A stretch of DNA of 64,000 nt from Flectonema sp. DT1601 (taxonomy: Eukaryota): NCBI GenBank assembly GCA_964019425.1, contig OZ025788.1, forward strand, positions 62,001 through 126,000. The letters run 5' to 3'. Within the stretch, counting starts at the first letter, position 1. Every line of letters starts with the position of its first letter. Below, in pieces: positions 1 to 11,628 of the stretch. The position numbers and the translations under genes are program-made. Below the pieces are notes generated by a model that saw only the letters and a list, made by a program, of their open reading frames with translations, had not been told where the DNA came from and searched no databases.

Positions 1-950
1 TTTGTCTGTAGCATGATGATGCTTAATTTTGCATCTATACTGTCCTGGGTAAATTTCGGCAATGTGACAAAATACCCGTCTGGGCCGTTGACTGTGACCT
101 CCAACGACAGCTTGTGAACGCGCGTACACGGAATTCGCATGTTCACCGTTCTAATTTTATTAGAGGTTTCCCTCTGTTTTGATGGCCACACCAGGTGACT
201 GTCGATCTCTTCGCCGAACGCACTGAGGTATGCTGCTCGTGCGCGTGTCATCAGAAAGTCCGGAGTGACTTCCACCTTCTCAGCAAAATAAGATTTATGC
301 GCGTGAAATAACACTACGCAATTTTTAACGTTTCTCTCAGACTTCTGTTGGGTTCTGAGAGGGGCTTTCGTGCTGCCGTAGGACGAGATCCAACCAGTAC
401 GCGACGACGTTTTTCCGTTGATGATTATTGGAAAAGTCAGCCGAGTGCTACCTTCCAACTGTTTGTGAGTGATGACTGAAAAGTCACCTTGTTTGCGAGA
501 CGCCAGGACTGCGTCTGCTGGGTTACAAATAAAAATACCAGAGGTATTGCTAATACTTGAGAAGGCTGTCGTAGCAGTGACAACCGGTAAAACCCAGTCT
601 TCTGGTCGTAAAGTGATGTTCTGCCATGAAGGTGGCAGAGTTTTTAACGGAGGTGTCTTAATCAGCGGGGTCTTAATCTGCTGGGTCGACTTCGTATCAG
701 GCTTCTTCGCCATATTCAGTAAGGCGCCATAGTATCCGTCCTTCTTACCCGGAGCAATGGCTGTTCTCTTCGCTGAGCTTTCTATTTTTTGCGGACCTCT
801 AACTTTTTGCCACTTGGCTTCTGTTTTTTCCGCCTCTCCCTTCTTCTTCTTCGTTCTCTTCTTCTCAACACTCAGTTCCTCACTCAGGAATTTCCTGAAG
901 AGGGACAACAATCGGGCCTCATCAAGAGACCCGACCGGCTGTACTTTCAT
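1..950 (-). CDS. Partial ORF (>316 aa, runs off the left edge); possible ORF1/gag-like protein of a non-LTR retrotransposon
   Basis: Manual translation from ATG 950 is open to base 3 (MKVQPVGSLDEARLL...KWQKVRG...TLRPEDWVLP...). It is missing from the ORF track because no stop lies in the window. GC is higher than in the flanks, and a pyrimidine tract plus AG lies at ~975-1020. The ORF1 identity is an impression from the basic N-terminus and the W-x-K-V and L-R-P-x-D-W motifs. Confidence 0.6.
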   Translation of the reverse strand, partial: MKVQPVGSLDEARLLSLFRKFLSEELSVEKKRTKKKKGEAEKTEAKWQKVRGPQKIESSAKRTAIAPGKKDGYYGALLNMAKKPDTKSTQQIKTPLIKTPPLKTLPPSWQNITLRPEDWVLPVVTATTAFSSISNTSGIFICNPADAVLASRKQGDFSVITHKQLEGSTRLTFPIIINGKTSSRTGWISSYGSTKAPLRTQQKSERNVKNCVVLFHAHKSYFAEKVEVTPDFLMTRARAAYLSAFGEEIDSHLVWPSKQRETSNKIRTVNMRIPCTRVHKLSLEVTVNGPDGYFVTLPKFTQDSIDAKLSIIMLQT

Positions 951-1805
951 TTTAGGGGTTGTGTTGGGAAATCTACTGAGCTCCAAAAGTAAAAGAGGGG
1001 TGAAAAGGAAATTTAAATTGCTACTGGTTTTTAATCAATAGTTTTTTTTTTTTTTTTTTTTGACATGAGCTCGCCAGTCAAGCATTAAAGAGAAAGCACT
1101 CCTCTATAAGGGGTCCGGGTTCTCGTTTGTGTACTGCGAAGAGCAAGGCAAGACTTTAGAGAAAACAAAAATCAGAATGAAAAATAAACCAAAAAAAAGT
1201 TCGCAGAAAGGCCGTAGGCCTTTTCCCTTTCTAAGGTTTTTTTTTTTTTTTCCCCCCATTCCTTAGAATGGTTTGCTCATTAAGTGGAGAGAAAATGGAA
1301 GAAAAGTCTTCAATGGAGCGCAAAAGGAATAAGTAATAAAAAAATAGCCAGCATTTGATAAAGAGATTTTCTTATATTTAGAGTAGTTTTGTTATAAGAC
1401 AGCGCACTTAATCAAAATATTAAAAAAAAAAAAAAAAGTCATAAATACACATTATTTTCTTTATTTATGTCATTATTAATTATTATCGCGTCAATCAAAT
1501 TATGTTAGTCAGTTAGCAAAATACAGAACTGATGACTATGAGGGGTTTGGGTAGCCCGCATCAGTAAGGACCCAATCGCGCAAAGATCGTAGTTTTATAG
1601 CTTAAAAATGCCACTGTTGTCAAACAGCTTTTTTTTTTTCCCGTGAAAAGATAAAAAGAATTATCTGAATCTTCGCAGTGCACTGTTTTTTCTGTTACTA
1701 AGAAAATACAGACGACAACAACAAAAAAAAAAAAAAAAAAAAATGACAAATGACAAATCACCAACTCTCACACCATAGATGTGAGAGTTGTAGTTGGTTA
1801 GATTG

Positions 1806-1837
<32 letters not shown>

Positions 1838-3866
1838 TCGTATTCACTCTTTTTAGCTGCACACAACAAACAAGAAGAATGAAAAAAAGACAAAAACATG
1901 AAGAAGCCATAGACGGGAGAGTCTTATAAGATCTGCCATACTGCGATAATCACACAACAGGGGAGATGAACATAAATGCATTTTTTTCGCATCACTAAAA
2001 TGGAATAAATAATACGAAAAAAAGTCTCATTAGAAGTGATTGATCATTCCTTCTTTCATCGCACACAAAAAGCAGAATAGAAAAAAACCATTAAACCCCG
2101 TAAGTCTTGTGCTAGTAAATCTGAATTCGCAATTAATGCGTGTCTACACGAGGCAACCCGTTGTTAACGGGTTATAAAACAAAAAAATAAAAAAGGCAAA
2201 AAAGTTTAAATTTATATGGTAACAATTAATCAATTCAACAGGGTGGGAATCGATGATGTTATCCATTGTTGGGACTTTATTTTATTTTTTACTTTTTTTT
2301 TTTGAATCTTTTTTTTTTTTTTCAAACACAAGTAATGACCTCACTGGCTCCTAGATTTCCATCTCCAAGTCGCACGAATACTCCGAAGGTGATACGAATA
2401 TAGCTGAAGTCCAGTATTCAAAAAAAAAAAAAAAAAAAAAAAAAAAGTGGTCTACAGACAAGGGAAAACTATGAACCACGCACCAGAGGAGGTCCATAAT
2501 ACTCCCAAAAAGCTACACAAAGTTAAGGTCATTTTATTCTGTGACAAAGAGGGCGTTGGTACCTCCAAGACACCAATGCAAATTTGTTCACATGTTTTGT
2601 TGATATTTTTTGCTTTAGAAAAAGCTGATTAATCGAGTGACAAATAACTCGCAAAAAAAATAAAAAAGAATGGACAAGGGAACAGTCCAGTTCAGTAAAC
2701 TTGAAAAAAAAAAATAAAATAAAAAATTGATTGAAAATATCGTTCTTGTACTCGCTGTACTTTTTTATTTTTCTCTTTTTTATTTTTTTAAATATGGGTC
2801 GCTTGCTCTTTGATTAAAGTTTTCATTCTCACACAGGACGACTTGTCTCTTGAAAGTGAGAAAAAAATTATTTTATATTTCTTATCATTCACTTTTTTTT
2901 TTTTTATGTTTTCAAAATAGTGACAATAATACCCCACTCGGTACTGCTTTGCGAAAATAGAGAAAGGAGGAACTGATTGTTAGCTACCGAATTCCTTACT
3001 CCATACAATCATCACAAATACCACTCTACCAAATGCGGTCTACACTAACGACAGGACGAGGTGTCTCTGAATATCGACGAATTCCAACAATAATAATTCA
3101 CAACACGGCAACAAGCAGGCTCTTAAGGGAGAGAGAGAGAGACATGAAAATATGTTTCCTTTTTTTATACTTATTTTCTTTTTTTTTTAAACAATGAAAT
3201 AATTCGCATCGTTTTCGCAATATGATGATCGCCAACAGAATGGAATTCATCGATTGTGTGTCCTAAAAGGAAATCTCCTCGAAATAAAAACAAGGGCCTG
3301 CACGGCACCTTTCCATGTTAGGCAAGAATACTATTACTCAATAACCCCCAAAGGGGGGAACACATTATTGTGTTTTACAGATGGTTTTCTATTTTTTTAT
3401 TTTTTTTTAAATTTAGAAAGTGGAATGAACAACAGCCCCTCTCAAGATTACCATCTTCTACAGAGATAATTGATTCGAGCTAGAGGGAGAGAAAAGGGGG
3501 AAAAAAAAGGAAAAAGAAAAAAATCGCAAGAAAGAAGCGAACATAAGAAAAGAACGTAAGACAACAGAAATCTCTTCGTCAAACCAACAGAGATATAAAA
3601 AAAAATTAAAAAATTGTTTTGTGTGGAAAAAGGTGACACCGAGAGTGCCACCAGATGATGTCCTTTTCTGGGAATCAAAGAATTTAGTTTTTGAAAAAAA
3701 TGAGGAAAAAAAAAAGAACAGAACAAATTTAGACCAACAGAGATGTAAAAAAATAAAATAAAATAAAATAAAATAATATGAATAAAAGCAACTAAAGCAT
3801 TGCAAAGACAGTTGCAGAAACCTAATTAAAAAAGTGAAATTTCATTTTTAAAAAAAACACAAGAAG

Positions 3867-3898
<32 letters not shown>

Positions 3899-4524
3899 GG
3901 AAGGAGGGAATAAAGTAGAATACTTGTAGAATTTAAAAAAAAAAAAAAAAAATACTGCTGCCAAGCTATTTTCTTTCTAAATAAAGACATCGAAAGAAAA
4001 AAAAGATAAAGATGTTAACTAATGACACGTAATTGCCTCTCTTCTACAACTCTCAAATCAAAAAAAACAAAAGAAACACGACACTCAGAGCCAACGCAGT
4101 TGATGAACACCTGAGTGACTCACAACGACAAAAATAATTGCCAAGGCAATTGGATTGAGAAAAAGAGAGAAAAGAATAATATAACCTCGCAGACTACCTG
4201 ACTCTGTTCTCGACTTTAAACCGAACAAACAGATAATAGTGACATCCTTAACCAAACCAATACACTTAAAGAACACCTGAATGCCCTTTTTAGTAAACAA
4301 CATGAACGTGAAAAGAGGGACGGGAGAAAAAAAAAAAAACTTCTTTTTTTTTTTTAAATTATTTCATTGCATCGATCAGGGAGAGTACCCTTTTTATTTT
4401 GGTATTTACTTATTGAGAGGCCTCTTGATGATATCGTCATCCGAAGGGCCTCCCCTTTAATTCGAAAAAGAAAGATTTAAAGAAAAGTCTCATAATTATT
4501 ATCATTATTATTATTAATATTTTT

Positions 4525-5304
4525 TTAAAAAATGTGACGAATCTTTTTGAAAGCCGCCTTCAAAACATTTGCAGGGCGACGAGGGGATGGTTTTTGCTTT
4601 TTCACTTCATTAGAAGTGATGTCAATTTGACTTTCTGGAAGCTGAAGTGTTGGTGGGATCTCAGGAACTCCATCAGATAATACAGTCATACTTAACGGTG
4701 ATAAAACAGGTGCAGTGCGACAACTATCAGACAAACCACATGACGATAATGTTGGTGATAATGGTGGGCAACTAATCTCCTGAAGTTGAATGCCATATTC
4801 TTCTTCTGAAGGAAAAGTCTTAAAATCGATAGCCAATAAAAACTCCGCCTCCATCGAGTTCAAGTTCCCCATATCAACACCACCAATAGCAGCGCTTACT
4901 CTGTTACTTGGCTGTTCATCATCAACAACCTTAGCAGCGATTACTGACGACACTAATATCAATCTGTGTACAGTGTATGTTGTTAGTTTAGTGTGGTTGG
5001 TTGCTAAGAATCGCTTTAACAGCAATAGGGCAGTCACCCACATACCACTACCACATCCATAAGCACTCATACCAATGTGAAGCAACCAGACATAGTCTAG
5101 AAGTTCAATTGGAGGCTTTTCAAGACTTTCGAAGAGAAGTCCGCTGGCATCTCCTTTTAGCATCTCATCGCCATCAATCAATCCCTCGATCACTCTAACG
5201 AATCCTTCAATCCAATCTGGTTCACTTCTTACAAGTGTTTTTGTTAATTTACCCTTCATAAACTTCTGAAGGTGGGAAATTAAATCTCTTCTGCTGAGTG
5301 GCAT
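4525..5304 (-). CDS. PHO80/U-type cyclin
   Basis: Cyclin box motifs TVHRLILVSSVIAAKVVDD, AAIGGV and LNSMEAEFLLAIDF. Confidence 0.9.
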   Translation of the reverse strand: MPLSRRDLISHLQKFMKGKLTKTLVRSEPDWIEGFVRVIEGLIDGDEMLKGDASGLLFESLEKPPIELLDYVWLLHIGMSAYGCGSGMWVTALLLLKRFLATNHTKLTTYTVHRLILVSSVIAAKVVDDEQPSNRVSAAIGGVDMGNLNSMEAEFLLAIDFKTFPSEEEYGIQLQEISCPPLSPTLSSCGLSDSCRTAPVLSPLSMTVLSDGVPEIPPTLQLPESQIDITSNEVKKQKPSPRRPANVLKAAFKKIRHIF

Positions 5305-5523
5305 ATTTCTTAGTTATCAAAGAAATGCTGTCTGTGGAAAAGATGATTAGAAAGGACAGAAAGAGAAAGAGAGAGGACAGGTATAACAACATCAGTGTAA
5401 CACCTGGATAAAAGAATGATAAACACAACTACCACATCAGAATAACTTTCTACATGTCAGCCTTATTCAGGTCAATTATAATGTTTTCTTTTCAAAGGAG
5501 TGTACAATTCATTTTTTTTTTTA

Positions 5524-6882
5524 CTATTTTTTTTTAGCTGCTCTGCTTTGCTTTCGACTTGGGATTTCTGGAGGAGATGGTGTTGAACGAGGAGTAGCAG
5601 GAAGTGGTACGTTACTTGATACAGCTGGTGATGGAATCAAACATCCATTCTGAACCACATCACTCGCAATTGAGAGAAATGCATTCCAAGATTCTGGAGA
5701 AGGAGAAGCAGAGAAAAAAGTCGCCGACAAACCTGCAGCAATATGCGGGTTTGACGTTACACAAATCGGAGGATTTCCGGGACTGTTCCTCCAATGCCGT
5801 GTCGCGCTAATAAGAGATGATATGGTTCCGAATTTGATCGGATCAAAAACAGAAGCTTGACAACTGTGAGATTTCAATAACACATTCATGTCTAATTCAC
5901 TATCACAAGAGCATCCGATGACAGTTTTTCCCGGACAGTTTATCGAACCGTACAACTGTTTTGATGCGAGTTGAAGCTCACCATTTTCTTTATTAAAACC
6001 ATCCTGAACAAATTTAACATTCAAATTATTATCGCGTTCTTGAAGAGCTGCAATACTACTAATCTCACTACTTGAATTAGAGAGAGTTATTCCAACAGAA
6101 GACAATTCTAATTTTATTGAATTTTCATTTTCTGATGGTTTCACAGCGGAGTCGATGATTTCGATGAGCTCCTCCATCGTTTTCGATGTTTTCGTAGTCA
6201 GAATACCCGAATTAGATTCGAATAATAAATCTGTATTAGATGAACGTATCTCGTTAAGGATGTTGTACAGGTTTGATATTTTTTCAGCGAGAGTTCGATC
6301 ACTTGTGTCAGTCAATCCGACTTTTAATTCCGAATTGTCGGTCGACAACATCCACATTATTGGGTTAGGAAGAGATATCTGAGAGTGATCAGATGAGGAA
6401 TCACCTCCTTCATTACTATTGATCGAAGCGATTGATTGATAAATATGACTTCCAGATTCATTCACAGACGCCATCAAACAGCTATAACTAAGTGAAAACT
6501 GAACTGATGGGTTAATTTGCATTATCGAGATCGACGAGTCTATTTCTGATTGTGAATTCACCATCTTACCTCTCAACGATTGACTTATTTCCTCTTTATC
6601 ACATTCACCTTCCGATAAAATAGATTCACCACATCCTTTTCCGTTTATAACCAACTCAATGGTTGTGGCTTCTCGAAAACGGTTATCAATTTTTATGTAT
6701 CCCTTACCATACTTTACTGAGTCGATCACACTGTTGAAACTCAGTCTCATAAACCTCCTGGCGATAACAGCTTCCGGATTAGTACTTTGACTGATGTAAC
6801 ATTCACTTACAGCTTGAGATAGTTTCGTTGACAACTCATAATTCGACGCATATTCCTGAATAGGAATTCTAACTGCCGTCAT
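5524..6882 (-). CDS. Enolase-4-like pseudoenzyme with an N-terminal docking/dimerisation helix
   Basis: The N-terminal LSTKLSQAVSEC..NPEAVIARRF helix is followed by degenerate enolase segments (SQSEIDSSI, LSYSC, ISLPNPIM, FVQDGF, KFGTIS, IAAGLSATF). Catalytic motifs are not recognisable. Confidence 0.6.
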   Translation of the reverse strand: MTAVRIPIQEYASNYELSTKLSQAVSECYISQSTNPEAVIARRFMRLSFNSVIDSVKYGKGYIKIDNRFREATTIELVINGKGCGESILSEGECDKEEISQSLRGKMVNSQSEIDSSISIMQINPSVQFSLSYSCLMASVNESGSHIYQSIASINSNEGGDSSSDHSQISLPNPIMWMLSTDNSELKVGLTDTSDRTLAEKISNLYNILNEIRSSNTDLLFESNSGILTTKTSKTMEELIEIIDSAVKPSENENSIKLELSSVGITLSNSSSEISSIAALQERDNNLNVKFVQDGFNKENGELQLASKQLYGSINCPGKTVIGCSCDSELDMNVLLKSHSCQASVFDPIKFGTISSLISATRHWRNSPGNPPICVTSNPHIAAGLSATFFSASPSPESWNAFLSIASDVVQNGCLIPSPAVSSNVPLPATPRSTPSPPEIPSRKQSRAAKKK

Positions 6883-7196
6883 GTGTAGGTTGCTGAAAAC
6901 AAGAAATAATAAAAATGATATTAAAAATGCTGTTTATTATTTCCCTTGTTTGAGTGTGTCTCAAAACTGACTTGGAGACAGAGGAGTCAAAATTAGTTAG
7001 TTAAACGTGTCTACTTATTTATATCACAAATGGGGTAAGTTTATCCTAAATAGATGTTCTAGTGTTTGGTAATTCAGACCTTTTTTCTTTTTTTAATCCC
7101 CCAAATGGTTGATTACACCGAGCAACCGTTCTACGTTCACTTTTAACCTTTTCTTTTTACTTCCCTACTTTTGTTAGGCTCTTATACGACAACCCA

Positions 7197-7280
7197 GGTA
7201 CAAAATCCTAATAAAGGAATAGGTTAGTAAAGCCGCCTAATATCTTTGGAATTCCTTTCTACCGAACAATGAGTGTTTGT
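7197..7280. repeat. Dispersed repeat family B, copy 1
   Basis: Shares ggtacaaaatcctaatRaaggaaYagg ... ttctacc(g)aacaatgRgt with 10345-10420. Confidence 0.6.
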
Positions 7281-7313
7281 AAATATAAAACAAAAAAAAA
7301 GGGGGAAAAAAAC

Positions 7314-7453
7314 CCATTCAACTAAAGCCCTTTTATTTTGTTTGATTACAGACAGTTATACTAAACCTCAACATGAGGAACATAGATAGCGTTTGAACAT
7401 AATAAATAAAACAGCTCTTAATCTGAATGGTTTCTTCTCCGACTTTGTCGGTG
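7314..7453. repeat. Structured repeat family A, copy 1
   Basis: Near-identical to 16876-17015. Has ccattca...atctgaatgg inverted arms followed by a ccgac-ttt-gtcgg hairpin. Confidence 0.9.
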
Positions 7454-7736
7454 TCAAAATTTTATAGAAAAAAAAAAAAAAAAAACGACGAATCAAAAAC
7501 TCTTAATTAATTTTTTTTTTTTTTTGAAATTATTTTGTGTCACGTCGTCGGGTAATTTTTTCCTCCCCTCTCTCTTGAAAGTTCAATTAAGAAACAAAAA
7601 AAAAAAAAAAAAAGCAAAACCAAAACCAAAATACAAACAGCAGTTCAATAAAATAACGTAGAAGCAAAGTGAGGCCGCCTATGCCTTTTCAAAAAAAAAA
7701 AAAAAAAAAATGAAAAAATGAGAGAAGTGTAAACCA

Positions 7737-8969
7737 TCACATAATTGAGTTGTAGTCATCCAGAGCTCTTTGTCTACAATCATTATAGTGCTCAGTTACG
7801 TCTTTTTGATAAGTCTTATGACCTGCACAAGACGTTGATTTCTCTCCTAAAAGAGACGGAAGATGAATAGAATGAAGTGAAGCAGAACGATTTCCACAAG
7901 GACTATCTCCTCCGTAGACATACAACGTGTCATGTCCTATCGCACATGCGGAGTAAAATACTGTAGGAGAGCTGAGAAGATAGACTTTTGGCAACCAAGT
8001 TTGGTTTATCATGTTATAAATTAAAAGATCTGGACAAGGCTCATCCACAACAACTCCACCAACAACAATCATGTAGTTCCTCCAAATGCAAGAAACATGT
8101 GCAGAACGAGGTTTTGGTGAGTTTTTTGTCTCGACAACAGTCCAATGTTTTTTTGGTATATTAAACTTTAAAAGTCTCGAGGTGGGACTTCCGTCTGTAA
8201 TTCCACCAAAAATATAAACATCGTCACCACTGACAACAGACGTGTGTTGAGCTAGTCCATCACATACAAAATCATCATCACTCGTTGTTTGAAGAAGTTG
8301 CCACTTACAGAGAGTCGTATCAAAAGAGTACATTCTTGATGTATTTAGGGGTCGGTCTGCCGCAACAGGTAAAAAAGAACCCCCATGAACATACACAACA
8401 TCACCATAAGTAAATGATGTATGGTGAGCAAGTCTCGGAGGACGATCTCCGAAACTATTTAGTCGCTTCCAAGTATTATTTTGAAAATCTAATCTGAAAA
8501 TTGAATCACAATCAAACAAGTCAGATCCGTAAACATAAATATTCCCATTAACTACTACAGAAGTATGATGACCCCTCGGAGTTGGGATATCATCATCAGA
8601 GATGTCTCCAGAGAGATGTAAAGGAGTCCACATTAAAGTCTTTATATTTAAAAGATAGGTCGCTCCTGAGATCATCGTACTCTTGTGGAGTTTTACGTGA
8701 TTCCCTCCAAACAATTGATCGACTTTATCTCGAATTCTACTTATTCCGCCGAGTACAAATAGCCCACCGTTTTCTTCGCCATTTACCCACAGAGAATTCA
8801 TTGTGTGACCGCTTCTCCTGCCTGGTCCAGGTCCTTCAGTTTCAACAATTTTCCATGTTCCTATACTCTTACGAACTGTCGGAACATCCAGTTCGATTCC
8901 GCCTTGTGAGATGTCTGGAGAGTTGTTTCCCCTTTCCTCGTTGCGGTTCATACCGAGGCAACATCCCAT
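7737..8969 (-). CDS. Kelch-repeat beta-propeller protein, probably myristoylated/palmitoylated
   Basis: Six Kelch units (RSGHT..LFVLGG, RGHHT..YVYG, LAHHT..YVHGG, RSAH..IVVGG, YVYGG). N-terminus is MGCC. Confidence 0.9.
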   Translation of the reverse strand: MGCCLGMNRNEERGNNSPDISQGGIELDVPTVRKSIGTWKIVETEGPGPGRRSGHTMNSLWVNGEENGGLFVLGGISRIRDKVDQLFGGNHVKLHKSTMISGATYLLNIKTLMWTPLHLSGDISDDDIPTPRGHHTSVVVNGNIYVYGSDLFDCDSIFRLDFQNNTWKRLNSFGDRPPRLAHHTSFTYGDVVYVHGGSFLPVAADRPLNTSRMYSFDTTLCKWQLLQTTSDDDFVCDGLAQHTSVVSGDDVYIFGGITDGSPTSRLLKFNIPKKHWTVVETKNSPKPRSAHVSCIWRNYMIVVGGVVVDEPCPDLLIYNMINQTWLPKVYLLSSPTVFYSACAIGHDTLYVYGGDSPCGNRSASLHSIHLPSLLGEKSTSCAGHKTYQKDVTEHYNDCRQRALDDYNSIM

Positions 8970-9207
8970 TTCTTGTTTCCTGATGGGAAGGGGAAGGCTT
9001 AATAACTGTGTGGTTCAAAGATGTCGAAAATAAATAACATTATAACTGCTGCACTTATTGAAAGATAACAAACAGAAAAGTACATACAGACTTTGTAATC
9101 GTAAGTATAAACCAATTTTTAAAAAAGGAGGATATCATTTTTTTTTTTCCCCTTCCTTCGGAAAAAAAAAGTAAGACAACAGTAAAAAAGCACAAAAAAA
9201 AAAAAAA

Positions 9208-9310
9208 CATTCAGATAAAGCCAGAATCCTGTCACACGGCGGAAAATAAATCATAAATCATGACTATAAACGGCTTTCGATCTGAATATCTTCTTCTCCG
9301 ACTACATCGG
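9208..9310. repeat. Structured repeat family A, copy 2 (different interior)
   Basis: cattcagataaagc ... gctttcgatctgaat, then cttctccga-ctaca-tcgg. Confidence 0.75.
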
Positions 9311-10344
9311 AATAAAACAACAAAAAAGATTAAAAAATATTCTCTATCAAAATCAAGCTATTTTGGTAAAGTGAAGTGACAATGTCAGCACGCAACGGCG
9401 TGTGGGGTGAGCACAACAAAAAAAAAAAGAAAAATTGATAATTACACGTTAAGTTAGGGCTTTTTAAAATTCGGCAAAAAAAAAAATTCACGTACCGTTT
9501 TTCTTTTTTTTTTTTTTTGCGGCCTGCAGCTGCGCAAAAAAAAAAAACCAACTATGCTGCCATAAGCCCTGTACAGGATACAGGGACTCAGTGAGGAATT
9601 TTTTGCCGCTAACTTCACTCAAAAAAAAAAAAAAAAAACGAGGGCCGCAGGGTATTCCCAACCCTGAATATGACCGCCGTAATGCACTATGCAAGAAACA
9701 CAAGTAAGTTTTGGATTCATCCCCCCCCGGGGGTTACCCCCCCTGATACTGCGGGGAGGGTACGTACCCAACATCGATATCGAAACCAGATAGGATCTCT
9801 ACCTCCGTAGAGACCGTTATATGAGGTTTTTATTTTATTTTATTTTATTTTGTTAGTAAATAACACATTGTAAAATTAAGAAAAACAAAACAAAACTAAG
9901 GCCGCAAGAGAAGAAGAGAGCCCTTATTTTTTACTGATTTTTAAAAAAGGGGGGAAAAAAAGAAAAAAAACCACTAATTTATAAGGGGTTGGCAGTTACA
10001 ATAAATCTGTTTTTTTTCAAGAAAAAGGGAGGTGATGGATTCCCCCTTTCTGAACTTGATAATACAGTATCAAATTACCCCCCAACCCCTTACATGATAA
10101 GAAATATAAACAAGAACCACAAACAGTGTTGTGGAACAACATTCGCACCAGATTATTATAATCGCAGTCGGGTGGAAGAACAAGAAGAAAAAAGAAAGAA
10201 AAAGGAAAAAAGAAAAAAGAAAAAAGCGTTCCCTATATGTTTCTCACGGTAGTGTATTTAAAAAAAAAGTATGTGCTAGCAGGTAAAAGAATCAACCAAA
10301 CTTCACTTTATTTTTTTTTAACTACACACTTTTGTACGCAATCG

Positions 10345-10420
10345 GGTACAAAATCCTAATGAAGGAACAGGAGTGACGCTGTCATAATTCTCATTCTACC
10401 AACAATGGGTTTTGTTGGTA
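10345..10420. repeat. Dispersed repeat family B, copy 2
   Basis: Homologous to 7197-7280 and contains the perfect stem taccaacaa/ttgttggta. Confidence 0.6.
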
Positions 10421-10590
10421 CAAAGGAAATAAAAAAAATTAAAAAAAGAGAGAGAGAGAGAGATAACTTTAATAAAACGAGGTTACCATTTACCCATAAA
10501 ATACAACTGTCGAAAAGAAATTAAAAAAATTCACACAACACAACACAACACACACACACACACATGTCAGAAATTTCGTGACGTGTGATG

Positions 10591-11628
10591 TCATCCAAAA
10601 GAACTGTAATCATCATCATCACCATCAGTGACGGGAATTCTTACAGAAGTATACCTAGCGAGACCCGCAATAGATAACGGCTCTGGGGTACCTAAGAATA
10701 TAGAAGGCCTATGAGTGATACCTATCGAATGGTCTCTCGCAAAGAACGACCCAGATGATTCAACCTCATCTAAGAAAGAATGGTCTCTAGTCAGAAATCT
10801 ATATGTAGCTGATGAACGACGACGAAGAACACTTTGCTTTGAAGAATCTCTCTTAAGAGGTTGTTTATAAAAAGATACTTTTGATTGCGTTCTGTAAACT
10901 GAACAGTTCGGAGGTGTTTCAGATCTCCGATCGTAAATATCATCAGATTCTTCAATTGTTTTGGAAGACTTGTTTTTAAAATGTGTCGACGGCTGCCGTG
11001 GACTTCTTCTTATTAAATGCTGCTCTATAAAAAGCCGATCCCATTCTGTCTCAACTTTCTGACTACTCAGAGGAGCATCAATCGGAGAGCTCGTTCCCGA
11101 AGTGGAGGATGAGAGTTGTGAGCTGCTCGGTCGTTTTAATTTTCTTTTAACCTGATCAACGCCAGTTACAATCGTTGAAATTGATTTCCCTGCCGCACAA
11201 CTAATGATCGAAGCACAGCTTCCGACATCTTCCGACAAGAGACTTAGAGTGACCCAACCATTAGTAGTAGTCATCAGACCTACTTTCTTGGCATATTTAG
11301 TTCTGTTGCACAGTACTAATGCGACTTGTGATATGTTTGTGAGTTTTATTTTATGAATTCTCTTTTTCATATCGTTCAACAGCAAGACGGATAATTTTGT
11401 TATTTTAACGAACCCGGTTGCCTCTCGGATTCCTTCTCCGGTCGCCAGAGTATGAGAAAAGATGATTTCGTCTTTTGAATCTTTCTTTTTCCTTCCACGA
11501 TCTTCTCTCGGTGGAGGAACGTACTCGTCTTCCGACAACTCTCGTTCTTCATCTTCAGCCGTCTGATTCAGTTCTTCCCAAGACCAGGCCGTTCCATTCC
11601 AAACCCAATCCCATGTACCACTCCGCAT
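10591..11628 (-). CDS. Hypothetical protein (possible PH-like middle region, Ser-rich C-terminus)
   Basis: ORF of about 345 aa, co-oriented with the cluster. The likely start is MRSGTWDW. Confidence 0.7.
   Translation of the reverse strand: MRSGTWDWVWNGTAWSWEELNQTAEDEERELSEDEYVPPPREDRGRKKKDSKDEIIFSHTLATGEGIREATGFVKITKLSVLLLNDMKKRIHKIKLTNISQVALVLCNRTKYAKKVGLMTTTNGWVTLSLLSEDVGSCASIISCAAGKSISTIVTGVDQVKRKLKRPSSSQLSSSTSGTSSPIDAPLSSQKVETEWDRLFIEQHLIRRSPRQPSTHFKNKSSKTIEESDDIYDRRSETPPNCSVYRTQSKVSFYKQPLKRDSSKQSVLRRRSSATYRFLTRDHSFLDEVESSGSFFARDHSIGITHRPSIFLGTPEPLSIAGLARYTSVRIPVTDGDDDDYSSFG

Noticed and set aside
1762..4452. Isolated hairpins (1762-1790, 2156-2174, 4417-4452) as terminators or SECIS
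   Set aside because: Eukaryotic context, single occurrences, no SECIS core, and no in-frame UGA in the neighbouring gene.
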